A stretch of DNA of 63,746 bases, counting the filler, from Licmophora abbreviata (lineage: Eukaryota), in assembly GCA_900291995.1 (NCBI GenBank). It is 17 parts of 17 records of this genome, joined end to end, with 100 filler letters (N's around TTAATTAATTAA, not from the genome) between each part and the next. Parts side by side here need not be neighbours in the genome. Positions count along the whole stretch, not along the records: positions 45,804 to 48,839 come from OLMU01003736.1; positions 48,940 to 53,771 come from OLMU01003737.1; positions 53,872 to 59,008 come from OLMU01003738.1; 14 more parts are not named here. One strand, written 5' to 3'. Position numbers and translations under genes: made by a program. The stretch's first letter is position 1; every line of letters starts with the position of its first letter. The notes beneath the pieces are model-generated. The model made no database searches and was not told where the DNA came from. It saw nothing but the letters and a program-made list of their open reading frames with translations. Shown in pieces: positions 45,917-57,126 of this stretch.

Positions 45917-46582
45917 GGCTGTCTTAACCCAGAGAAGAAGCTCGATCTTCTACTGCTTGAAGCCCTCAGAAAGACGGTTTCTCGACAATCCGAGAGTCGA
46001 TTTATGTTTGGATGGGTTCACCACTGCGGATCTCGATGGCAGCAGATCAGGCGTACCTGGCACGCACAGAGCTGCAGGAGGAATGTAGCTTCCCTTCGAC
46101 TAACAGAAGCTGTTCGATGCTCGTTATGTGCCACTCTTTCAATGTAGACGGAACAAAACAAAACATCTACGACTTGTTGATGTTGTTGACGCCAAAAGAT
46201 ACGCTGTCATGGGGTTGCTCGCGCCATTTTGGCGCGCCCGCCGCGAGTCGAGTCCCGTTTCTGGAAAGCGAAACCAACTTTTATGGGCTTCACTCCTCTG
46301 TGATGAACTAGCTATGATACAAGGAACAAGAGAGCCAAAGCATGATATGATTGACTCAGTCACTCAATGACTGCTTCTCAAGAAAGTGGATAAAAAACGC
46401 ATTTATAATTCAAAAAATGATGCACACACATAACATGGATTTCGGACATGACTAGTCGAGGTTAGCCCTCTTTGAACCGGACCAAGTCATTCCAGACGTA
46501 TACTACTCCAGTAAGTGGTTAACTCGATGATTCACTGGTCCAGAAAAGTCAAGTACGCACGGAGGAGGGGGCACAGGCACAA

Positions 46583-49146
46583 CTATGGAATCTCAGCATT
46601 GTCCCCTATTGCTGGGCTGTCTTGCTCCACCGAGGAGTCCGAGGTGGTAACAGGGGCTTCTTCTTCTCTGATTGTTCCGGTCTCTGCATCGTTCGTATCC
46701 TCCCTTGCACTTTCGGTGTTTTCCTCTCCCACCGTCGAATCAAACTGATCCAAACTTGTGCTCGAATAACCCTCCAGAACAATGGACAGCTTCTTCTTCA
46801 CAGACACTTTCTCTTCCCAAGAGAGGCGCTGATACTGTTGCAAGACAGCAGTCACAGCATCAACTGATCCATCCAGCGAAAAAGACGGTTGCGAGCCGTA
46901 CTTGCTATTCCCGTGGCTGGGTGGCACCGAAGACATGCCGCTCACCCTCACGTTCGAGGTCGACTTGCCCTTTTTCTTCGCGCGTTCCCTCAACGCAAAC
47001 ATTTTGGGAACAAAGATGAACACCAGAATGGCTGCCGACAAAATGAACAGGATCACTGAAAGCACGATGAAATATGCCTGTGGGCTCTCTCTCGTCAAGA
47101 AGAGCACGGGGACACAAATGATAATGGCTTGAAGGAACGAAGCGTTGGCCATGGCAATGTACGAACTTTCGTTGAACTCCGTGCGAACATTACGAGCTCG
47201 GTAGGCCTGGAAATTAGCCACCACCAGAGCAGTAATGTTGATAACTCCAATGACAACCAAGTATGGAATAGAGTCGCCGGCAGCACCTGAAGTGCTGCGA
47301 CACTGTCCATAGCTTCCAATGGGACGGTTCCAAGGGTCGGTACCATCCTCTAGTGTACGGATGTATTCGAGAGGCGCTATGATTGTCCAGCAAATTAGCG
47401 TGACGACATTCAATGTCAAGAGGACAACCAAAGGCCACATGACCTAGAGGCAAGCAGAAGAGAGACATGTACAGCGTGAGAGACAGCTTGACGGAGAGAG
47501 TCCATTGTTTCGACTGAATTTACAGAATAGTACTTACATCTTTCTCCGTCACCACAACGCGTTGGAAAGAATTCTTGTTCAATAGGATCTTGTTGAGCCG
47601 CCATGTCTTACTAAACAGAGCCGAAAATGCAACCGTAAAGCCGATGTTGATCAGCCAAGGCGAGCACATGCAGGCTACGTCCGCAGCGCTTTGACTATGC
47701 TCGTCGTCGATCGAAAGCGGAATGATGGCCGATCCCATCAAGAGCGTACCAACGCAAATCATGGTAAGAAAGAGAGGTTGGCCAGACCTGACAACTTGAT
47801 TCTTGCGATAGAACCAAGTCCATCCCATGAACCCAAGAGAAGCTAGGAGGACGATGGCACAAAGCACGTATCCGACAATCGCAGCCTTCCCAATATAATT
47901 GTAATCGAAGTCAAACGAAGGCAAGTCTAGCGGAATACGGAGAATTTCAAGCTGGTGAGTGCCGAAGATAGTCTCAGACGACAAGGAGCGCTCAATCGCA
48001 GTGCCATTGCCGACGGCATCTAGAACCTCGATGAGTGTCTCTGCGGACTGAGATCCCATATTGTAAGGAAGTTGTCCAACAAGGGCGTCGACGTAGCTGG
48101 TCTGCATAAGAAGGAGCTGTACCGAAAGCGCGTCAGCGATTACCGTCAGGACATCTCGATTGGCATCGACAAAGTTAGTCCAGTTGGTTGTGGGTTCTGG
48201 AAACATCGGCTGCAGGGGTTGAGTGCGGTTGCGTGAAGTCGGCTGTGTGAGAAGAGGGAAGAGCAGAACAACCATGAAAACACATTCCACTCCTTATGGA
48301 AACGTACCAGACCAACGACCGACACAATCGCCGTAAGATTTGCATTCTCTTCCACTAATTCCCACATTTTCAGGAGACTGACGTGAGAATCTTCTCTGCC
48401 GTTCTTGGGAGAACTGGAAACTTCCGTCCAGGGCGTGTCGAGCAGTCCATCTCGCACACCTTGAACTCGCTCTTGGAGGTTGCTCGTAATCTCAAAGCCC
48501 GCAACGATACCAAAGGTTCCTCCATCGGGCTTGACTTGCCTGAGGAGCTTGGCGAGTTCACGTCCCATTGCGTAATTATTTGTACCGATGTACGCAAGGC
48601 GATTACTTTCAGGAGCGTCCGAGTCAAACGTAATGATGGGTTTGCCCAAAGCCACACCCCTGTTGATAACGGGAGTGTAGGCAACTGGATCCAAGACCGA
48701 GATGGAAATACCATCAACTGTCGGGTCGTCAATCAGCTCGTTGATGATCCGGAGATTTTCTTCAACGTCTGGATTGAAGGATCCCCTGTAAATGCAGGTA
48801 ACGTTTTCATAGGAGTTGCTCTTATCAATGCACCCTGATNNNNNNNNNNNNNNNNNNNNNNNNNNNNNNNNNNNNNNNNNNNNTTAATTAATTAANNNNN
48901 NNNNNNNNNNNNNNNNNNNNNNNNNNNNNNNNNNNNNNNTTCCACCCTCCCCTGAAATTAGAAAATATGAGTAGAACATTAGAGTGGTCCAGAGCAACAA
49001 GCATTGAAACAGTCGCAGATCATCCCAATTCCACTTACATAGAAATCAGTAGCAGCCCGCATCTTGGGTACGATCGCAATTTTGTAGCTGTCGACTGGCG
49101 CTTGGAGCGCTGCACCCACGGCCAGCAACAGCAGCGCATTCGCCAT
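46583..49146 (-). CDS. Class C (GABA-B-like, 7tm_3) GPCR with a sugar-binding periplasmic-protein-like ectodomain (4 exons, spans the gap)
   Basis: Introns 48952-49038, 48210-48307 and 47444-47537. Ectodomain IAIVPK...VDGISIS...GKPIITFDSDAPESNRLAYIGTNNY; 7TM VVRSGQPLFL, ALFSKTWRL, AYRARNVRTEFNES and IFVPK. Confidence 0.88.
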
Positions 49147-50072
49147 GCGGTGCAGTATCAATCCAGACCGAGAACGGTGACGCAAAGACGTGTTGTATTG
49201 TCGAAGCATGTGATTTTTTGTGGTTCCACACGTCGTCCACACGAACAATCTGCACTTTGAAATCTGTGTTTCATTAATCGTTTCAAAGAACACAAGAATG
49301 TTGACGCTGGCAGATGCAGTTTTCACATCCTGCTTAGAGTTTCACCGCATTGTAACAGATCGTCGTAGAGTGCTACGATGTCGCACTGGTACTTGTACTG
49401 CGTGGTAGTCTGTGTACGAGTATGCAAGTAAATCTAGAAGGTATCTTCTGTCATTATGGTTCAAGTCTCGAAAAGTAGCATGTTGACCCCCCCATTCCGA
49501 CGACGGATCCTGAACCAGCAGACCGAGGAGCATCGAGGGGGGAAGTTTCCATGCCAAAGCCCGTTTTCGAGATTCCCATTTACTCGACGAAACGTCTTAT
49601 TCCTTGAACACCGACTTCCAATAGTTCACTGTAATATGTAGCTACTGCGGTTATGAGCGCTCCGTAGGGGCCCTTCTCCCACGGAGCGATGGACAGGTGA
49701 CGGCTTGGAGGCGCAGGGCGCGGCCGGGTCATCAAGTGATCGCTAGGGACTGAACAACGACAAGACGACGCTTGGAAGATGAAGCGAAAGTCTAGAGTTC
49801 GGTTCGTCTACACAACACCCAAATTGACCGTCCAGTAGAAGGATTTCAACGGAGTTAGACATGCCACTGAGCAGAGTCATGACAAGAAGAGAAATCGAAA
49901 CTTTAACATCGCGCATAAAGGATACATTATATGCAGCGCCCCCTCCTTGAAGGTCAGAAGCGTGACCTATCTCTCGACACGAGTCACCACCAGCCATCAT
50001 GCCTTCGTCCCTCTTGCTACCATGACCTTTGGTGATATTGCAACGGGCTAGTCGACTTTTCTGTGCATGGAC

Positions 50073-51380
50073 TCACGACGTCGACTTCTTTCTCTTTTCC
50101 AGGACGGACACGATCCCATTCAACGCGGTGAACAGCGATATGATTCCTGCCCCAATCACTGGTAGTGTGAAAATAGCTGTGTTGCACCAAAAAGCTGCGA
50201 AAGATAGCACACAAACAATGCAAGTGCATGAGCGACCCTTGCTTCAGACAGTCACTCAACAGACAATGCCAGCAGCGGATAGTATGGAAGACAAGACACA
50301 CAAGAACCAACAACACCCGACTCACCGCTCATGCACGCGAACACAAGAGACGATACAAAGTTGAGTTCAATGAAAGTTGTACCCTGGAGGCGTTTTCGAT
50401 CTGCTGCGTCCTTGAGCGTATACATGATGGCCATGAGAACAGATAACTTTGCAGATCTAGCCAGACGTGTGGAAATCTGAGCCAATGGGCTGGCATTCTG
50501 TGTGAGGCCGGTCGCCGATAAAGAGATGAGCTTGACATAACACATTAGAGTACAAAATCAAGAATCAAACTCGACTCACCCGTATCTCATACACGACCTC
50601 AAGCAACTTGTAAATGTTGAGCACCGCCGCGAACAGAGTACCTGCAAGATAGCCGGCCGCATTGAGATTCTTGATAGATAGCATACCCTTGACCGATTCT
50701 TTTGTGCCGTCAACAATCTCCTTCACCAGACTCTTGTCATAATCAACACCACTCATCCATCCCTTCAGCGAGGGGACACTCGCCAAGAGACTCGAGACGC
50801 CAAACACCAGGTAGGGTGCTGTCGGCAGGTTGCTGCCAGACGTGGTCAGTGCCTTGACAACGCCAGTACCGACCAGAAAGATGGAACAAGCTGCGTACTG
50901 GAAAGAAAACAGATTGAGCCTTTTGTACGTGTCACTACCAAGCCGGTTGTTTTGAGCGGCACCTGCGAGAATATACTGGATGGAGCCGCCTAGGAATGGC
51001 CCCATCGCAATGTAGAGGACGTTCGTTTGGAAACCTCCATTTTGAGCAAGAATGAGTGCTGCTGTAACAAAGTAGGCGATCGACCCAAGCTGATATTCTC
51101 TCATAAGACTTTTTTCATCAGAAGGTGACCTGCCCGCTTCCGAAGAGGACATGAACATGACATGGGACCATTCAGGCCGCCTGACTCTCCTAGCATCGTC
51201 ATGGCTTGGACCTGTTGATGCTAAGTTATGCATAGACACGCTCTGCTCCTTCTTGTTCGAAAGAAGCACCGCACGGCGTACATGCGAAACTGGCGCCAAG
51301 GAGTGCAGAAACCCATGAGCACCCCCAAATAGGATGGCATCAAGAAGGGCAAACCAAATAACGGGTGTTGTGGTTCTCAT
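50073..51380 (-). CDS. Multi-pass membrane protein of unknown function, probably plastid-targeted (3 exons)
   Basis: Signal peptide ending AHG|F; introns 50498-50579 and 50177-50325. Internal repeat AGAAQNNRLGSDTYKRLN / KDAADRKRLQGTTFIELN. Confidence 0.75.
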
Positions 51381-51842
51381 CGCGTCATGATCATGATGTG
51401 TGGCGTGTTGCACCAAAACGAAAGAGTTGACAAGCGACGAGAAAATGAGAAAAAGATACGTATCCGTCTGTACTTCACCCGAGTCTATTGAAGGTCGAAC
51501 GAGTGAGTCGAGTCGAGTGAGTCAAAGTGTCCCCGCGCGTTTTTAACAATCAGCATCGGTCATGGCACTTATTTGAAAGGTCATTATAAATGACCTTCAC
51601 ATTGGTCGTATTCTTGAAAGGAAGACTCGCGATTATTGGATTGGACAGAAAGGTCTATCTGTTGGACATGAAAGAGGCATCATGACACTTTCATCACTTC
51701 TGCTTCAACTTTCGCCCCACTCGGTTCGAACAACCGAAAAAGCTAAACAGTCGCATTGTACTGATCGTGAACATACAATAGGAAGACCATTGACGGATTC
51801 ATAAACCGAGACAGTAAGGCAGAAGAGCATTCCCCCAACATC

Positions 51843-52688
51843 ATGACGCAGAAAGGTAGCAGCAGAGAAGAAGACGATGTATCGGTCTTGGAAATGGACA
51901 GGTACGGCGAAGATCCCAGTATGATGCGTACTTTGCGACAAGCCCGTCGTGCAAACGAAGCCATACTTCAGCACAGCGAACGTTCTCGGATGACGGGTTT
52001 CATGCAAAGGAGCAATTCGCAAAGGGGATCCGATGCTCTCTGCTCGTCGTCTCCGACCGTTCCAAAATTCATAAAAGTCAAATTGGACACGGAAGCTGAT
52101 GAACTTCCAATTTCAACAATATCAAGTCCGAAAGGACCCCGTTCATTCGGATTCAACAACACAAGCAACAACAAGAGCAACCGAACAGTATCAACCCACG
52201 GAAGTAGCTCCAGCCGAGAACCTCACTCCCCACGACCAGACAAGGATACGAGGAAGCATGGTTCACACCCGCCAAGATGTGATAGGATGAAAAAGTCTGC
52301 CTCGGAACGGACGAGCAAATCTTCATCTAGCAAGGAGACCCATCACAAGGCTCGAGTGCAAGACAAGACCAACCTAGACCGCGTAGCTCGGGAATGTCAC
52401 TCTCATGGGAGGAAACCTCGATCCCTTTCCCCCAAGCGAACTCATGGGCGGAGAGACAGCAGGTCACACACTAGTGGTCACAATGCGTCCGTGCACAACA
52501 CAAAACAGGATCACGTCAAGGGACCGTACCTGGACACCTTATTCGGATCGTCCCATACCAAGGACAAGTCCTCGCACTCTTCAAAATCACACCATAGGCC
52601 AAAGTACATTGACAGGCTCTTTGACAATTCCACTCACACTTTACCGTCCTTGCTATCCAACCGACGGCGAAGAAGCAAAGTTCGATAG
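51843..52688 (+). CDS. Hypothetical S/H/K/R-rich disordered protein
   Basis: 281-aa ATG-initiated ORF with no recognised domain. Confidence 0.55.
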   Translation: MTQKGSSREEDDVSVLEMDRYGEDPSMMRTLRQARRANEAILQHSERSRMTGFMQRSNSQRGSDALCSSSPTVPKFIKVKLDTEADELPISTISSPKGPRSFGFNNTSNNKSNRTVSTHGSSSSREPHSPRPDKDTRKHGSHPPRCDRMKKSASERTSKSSSSKETHHKARVQDKTNLDRVARECHSHGRKPRSLSPKRTHGRRDSRSHTSGHNASVHNTKQDHVKGPYLDTLFGSSHTKDKSSHSSKSHHRPKYIDRLFDNSTHTLPSLLSNRRRRSKVR

Positions 52689-52906
52689 ATGCGGTCATAC
52701 ACTCTAGATAAACTTTAGTCAAGAGAACTGACTTGTAGATTGCGAATGGGTGTGCGACGTTCTAAGCATGAGCCTTAGTTGGAAAAATGAAACTAAAAAT
52801 ATACTTGTTTGGGTGATTTAACTGACCAGGCACCTAGTATCTTGATATCGCACAGTACCGGTATCTCTAAATGGGTTGGACACAAATTCGCCCATGATGC
52901 AGAACT

Positions 52907-53960
52907 CTAGTCGTCGCCAGCGTGTACAGATGGTTGCCATTCCTCGTTGGCTTTGTCTTCCACAATCGGTCGCATGGTTGTATCCAGAAAAGACGGCATG
53001 GTCTTACTCCGCATCGGCGACACAAGAGCAGCTCTATCCTCTTCCTCTTGCTGAGCTTTCGCATACTCGGCTGCATTCTCCCACAATTCCTCCTGTGCCT
53101 GTTTCGTACTTTTCCTCGTTCCCACGAATCGCTGAAACTTGTTGCGCGCCTTTTCCATCGCCAACTCCTTTTGCTCCCCCAGTTTACCCTGACTCTTCAT
53201 TTTCGATACCGTTTGCCGTCGTTGATTCTTCACGCGATTGACTTCGACTGTCGCACGTCTCAGGTCAGACGTGGACGCCCCCGCCAAGTCTCGTAAGAGT
53301 GATTCTCTCAAATTCGACGACAGGGCCAATTCGTCGCGTCTGGCAAAGGGACGCGTATTTTCGTACTCGTTGAGGGAAACCTTGCGCGTGTGGCAAGTCC
53401 GTTCGTCGTACCAATCGAGGGAGACGGGGGGTCCTCGACTGACGGAGGGATTGTCGCCCACGACAATGGGGTGTTCTCGAATTTCAATGGACGTGAAGGA
53501 AACGTTTTTTCGCAGAGGAGTAGTAGTAGTAGTATGGGAGTCTGTATGTTTTTTGGACCAGCGTTGTTCCAAGGATTCGCCTTGACTTTCTACGCTCAGA
53601 CAGGACTTCAAGGCGGGAGTGGATTGAGATGCGGAGAGGGCGTTCTCAATGGCGGACGACTGAAGGAAGCGATCATTGTTGTTGTTGTTGTTGTTGTTTT
53701 TGCTTCTTGAATGAGAACGACTGATGTAAGGCTCAGTGATGATGTCAGTGTTGTTGCTCTTTGAAGTAGTANNNNNNNNNNNNNNNNNNNNNNNNNNNNN
53801 NNNNNNNNNNNNNNNTTAATTAATTAANNNNNNNNNNNNNNNNNNNNNNNNNNNNNNNNNNNNNNNNNNNNTGCGTGGAGGGATCGTGGACTCGGCGACG
53901 CCGTCCGGCAGTGGACAAGGCTCCCATGGTGGCCGACCGCCGTGGTTCTAGAGATGACAT
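52907..53960 (-). CDS. Diatom-family hypothetical protein (VxF...IREH...GDNPSVSRGPPVSLDW motif), spanning the gap at 53772-53871
   Basis: Motif KNVSFTSIEIREHPIVVGDNPSVSRGPPVSLDW...YE...R; probable start MSSLEPRR at 53960 beyond the gap. Confidence 0.75.
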
Positions 53961-54544
53961 GTTTGTGTTTGGAAAGAGGTTTATGTAGAATGATGAAACG
54001 AAGCTTTGTTTGGTTTATAGTATGATACACACTTCCAACAACACTCTTTCAAACTTGATGAAATTGAAAGAAAAACGACGAGGGCATCATGAAACGTGGT
54101 ATTGAGATGAAGGCTTGTCCGACGTTGAAAAAGGAAGAACTTGTCCTCCTCTCTATCTAATTGGCTGGTTTTCGTGTCGCATGCGACATTCAACATGAGT
54201 CATCGCACCAATCGTCGTAATGACTCCTTTCACATATGTTAAATGTTTCACTTATCTATACGTTGCTTCAAGATATATCTACATGTTTTACACTCAGATC
54301 ATAACAGCTCATCCACTTATGGACACGACCAGAGTTAAGTCTGCAGCGCCAAGCGTGCCTCTGTGCACCCTTTTCTTGCTGCAGACAGGATCCCGCCATT
54401 GCGCAGCGTTGAAGACTGCTCACACAGTCTGCTTGGAGCCGCGAGTCGCATGCTTGATCGTATCAAAACGGCTGACTGTCCCCCATCCCATTTCCTGTAT
54501 CGAACAGCAGCACGATACAATCTGTAGCAGAGCAAAGAGAGACC

Positions 54545-55132
54545 ATGGCTCCCTTCGACTCTGCGTCGCACGTTCCGGCTGCAGCAACGACGTCTACACC
54601 ACCACTCACCACCGCGCCTACAACGACCAGTACCGGAACGACCAAGGGCGTGCGATTCTCCCCCAATGACCCCGTCGTCATCGCGTCTCTTCCACACTCT
54701 ACTACGAAAACGACTGCCACACAACCCACTCCTGCACATACCGGTACGACCACTCAAAAGCCACAGCCACGGCCGAACGAGACGTGGTACGACTCACGAG
54801 ACTACCTCTTCTTTCGACTCCAAGCAAGAAGAACCATTCGGAAACTACGAAAAGCCGCCCACCCCGACAATAACAACAACAACAACAGCCACGAAGACAA
54901 GCACTGCGCTCGCGGCCTCGAAGACTTCCTTTCCCGCGACCCCCGTAAGCAACGAACCTCTCACATCCAAGCGGTCTTGCACCGACAAGAGCAACAGCGC
55001 AAGGAGGGCGTCTGTGATCCCGAAGCACTCCGACTTTTATCGACCATGTGCAGCAAGGGCTCACGGGCGAGGGCCGTCCAGCTGGCGGCTGGCTCTCCGC
55101 CACGGCGGATGGTGGCGTCCAAAACGGCATAG
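54545..55132 (+). CDS. Diatom-family hypothetical protein (VRF...WY...RGLE...AVL..Q motif)
   Basis: KGVRFS, TWYDSRDY, HCARGLE and HIQAVLHRQEQQRKEGVCDPEALR. Confidence 0.75.
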   Translation: MAPFDSASHVPAAATTSTPPLTTAPTTTSTGTTKGVRFSPNDPVVIASLPHSTTKTTATQPTPAHTGTTTQKPQPRPNETWYDSRDYLFFRLQARRTIRKLRKAAHPDNNNNNNSHEDKHCARGLEDFLSRDPRKQRTSHIQAVLHRQEQQRKEGVCDPEALRLLSTMCSKGSRARAVQLAAGSPPRRMVASKTA

Positions 55133-55385
55133 AAGAAAGCCGGGACTGCTAGGAGAGGATCATAGCCACTCTGACTGTCACTGCGCTGCAATACAGTACT
55201 AGCTATCAGTACCATGTGTACGGGCAGTCCAGCAGCAACATTACAATATAGAATCACCTTTTTCCATTCGTTCATAGCTCTTTTTTACTTTAGCTTAGCG
55301 AAAAAGCATTGCTTGACCTGTTTCATAGGATACCTGACGGTGCTCCGTATGATCTAGCTCATCCTCATCCTTGCAGTGCCACTTT

Positions 55386-56900
55386 CTACACAACCCCCGG
55401 AACAATCTTGTACGGCACCTTGTCACAATACTCCTCCCACGCCTTGCCATACTTTTTCTTGCACCGATCATCGTCTCGGAACGCCCGGTCCATCAGTAGA
55501 ATCGTGAGGTAAATGACATAAAAGTACGGTCCCACCAGAGCCGTATTCAACGCCGGAAGGCCCCAACACAGCGACGCCAGGATTTCAGGGACGTAATGAA
55601 AGTGACGCGAGACTCCCCACCAGCCATCCAACAACAGCAAGGAACGACGGCTTTCACCACCCGAGGTCTTGTACTCTGCGACGAGAAAGTCAGGCTCCTT
55701 GCCCCACAAGAGACAATTTCCTTCTGTTTGACGAAAGACATAGCGTTGGTTGTCGCTGTCGTAGTTGATAAAGATCATGAGGAAGCCAAAGAAAAAGATA
55801 AGTAGGGCAGTCGGTGCGCCAATGTCGGGAGCGTGTTCGGCCAGGTAGAAGGAGTGGGATGTGTAGACGGCAGGGACCCAGACGAGGCACCCCCAGCAAA
55901 TGTAGTATCCAGCGCGGTCGTGTTGAATGTCCTTTTAATATAAAAGAAACGCGAATGATAGTATGATAGCAACAAGGTGAAAGCATGAGTGAGTACACAC
56001 ACGATATATGCAAGTATATAGCCCCTCGCGTCACTCTAGTCTCACCATACTACACATGTACCCCATTTCCCAATAAAAGAACTTGGAAATGTAAATGAGC
56101 TGCAGTGCGACATTGACCGCCATGCCCGTGCTCATGGTGCCCTGATGGACTTGCATGTTTTTATGCGCAAAGCAGACAATCCCGACCGCCCAAAACATCA
56201 TTCCAGCCCGGCAGTTGGTAAACATCTTGACGTCCCATCCAAAGATACGCGGATAGAGTTCCATGCCCCAGTAAAAGTCGGTAATGGAAGAGCCCGTTGT
56301 GCCAGAGTCCGTGGTGCTGGGAGCCACGTGTCCTTTGAGCCAGAGCATGGCGCAAAAGACGAGGGCGAATACGTTCATGCTGGAGAGTATGTGTCCGAAG
56401 TTGTCGTAGACGAGTGCTGGGTGGATGAGATCCAAGTAGGTGAGTAGCAGCAGGGTTCCCATGGTAACGAGGTAGGCCTGCATGCCGTTGGCCGTGTAGA
56501 CGGGGACGTTGCCCTTGGGAGTGACTGTGGCTCGAAAGGTCTCTCCCGGCAAGTACTTTTGCAAGATCAGTTGAAAGACTAGGAAGCTCGTAATCATAGT
56601 CCAGGTTTCCTTGTCCCACGGCGAGGGCCAGATCGAGTAGACAGTGCGGAGGAAGCCGTCGGTCCAGAGGACTTTGGCAAAGGCCAAGAAGTTTCCCTCC
56701 ATGTTGGCCACGACGTGGTAAAAGACAATGCTAAAGACGGGTGTCGTGAGCATGAGAAAGATGGGACCTGCGGCCTCTCGTCCGGGAATCAAGCCGTCTC
56801 CTCCGGACCAGTCGCTTGCCTTGCTACTGACGCTTCTGCTGCGGGTGGGCGTCTTGGAACGAGAACGCGAGGCGAGCCCTTGACTGCGAGTCGAAGGCAT
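55386..56900 (-). CDS. DHCR7: Sterol delta-7 reductase (7-dehydrocholesterol reductase, ERG4/ERG24 family)
   Basis: VPVYTANG, DFYWGMELYPR, KFFYWEMGY; intron 55932-56045 gives SMDIQHDRAGYYICWG; then GWWGVSRHFHY and RDDDRCKKKYG. Confidence 0.9.
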
Positions 56901-57126
56901 TGTGTATCTGTATACGCAGAAGCGGCAGGCAAGGACGAGAGATAGACTCGTGTGAAGTGTCAGTACACAGAGTACAGAGACGGCGTGTGTCAAGCAATGC
57001 CATCTTTGCGATCTTTTTCCTTTTTCGGCAGTTTTCATCAGATGAGTCAGTGCGAAGTATTTAGCTCAAAAATACCCGCTATACTTTGAACCGAACTTGG
57101 TGATCGACGAGCAACTAACTAACTAA

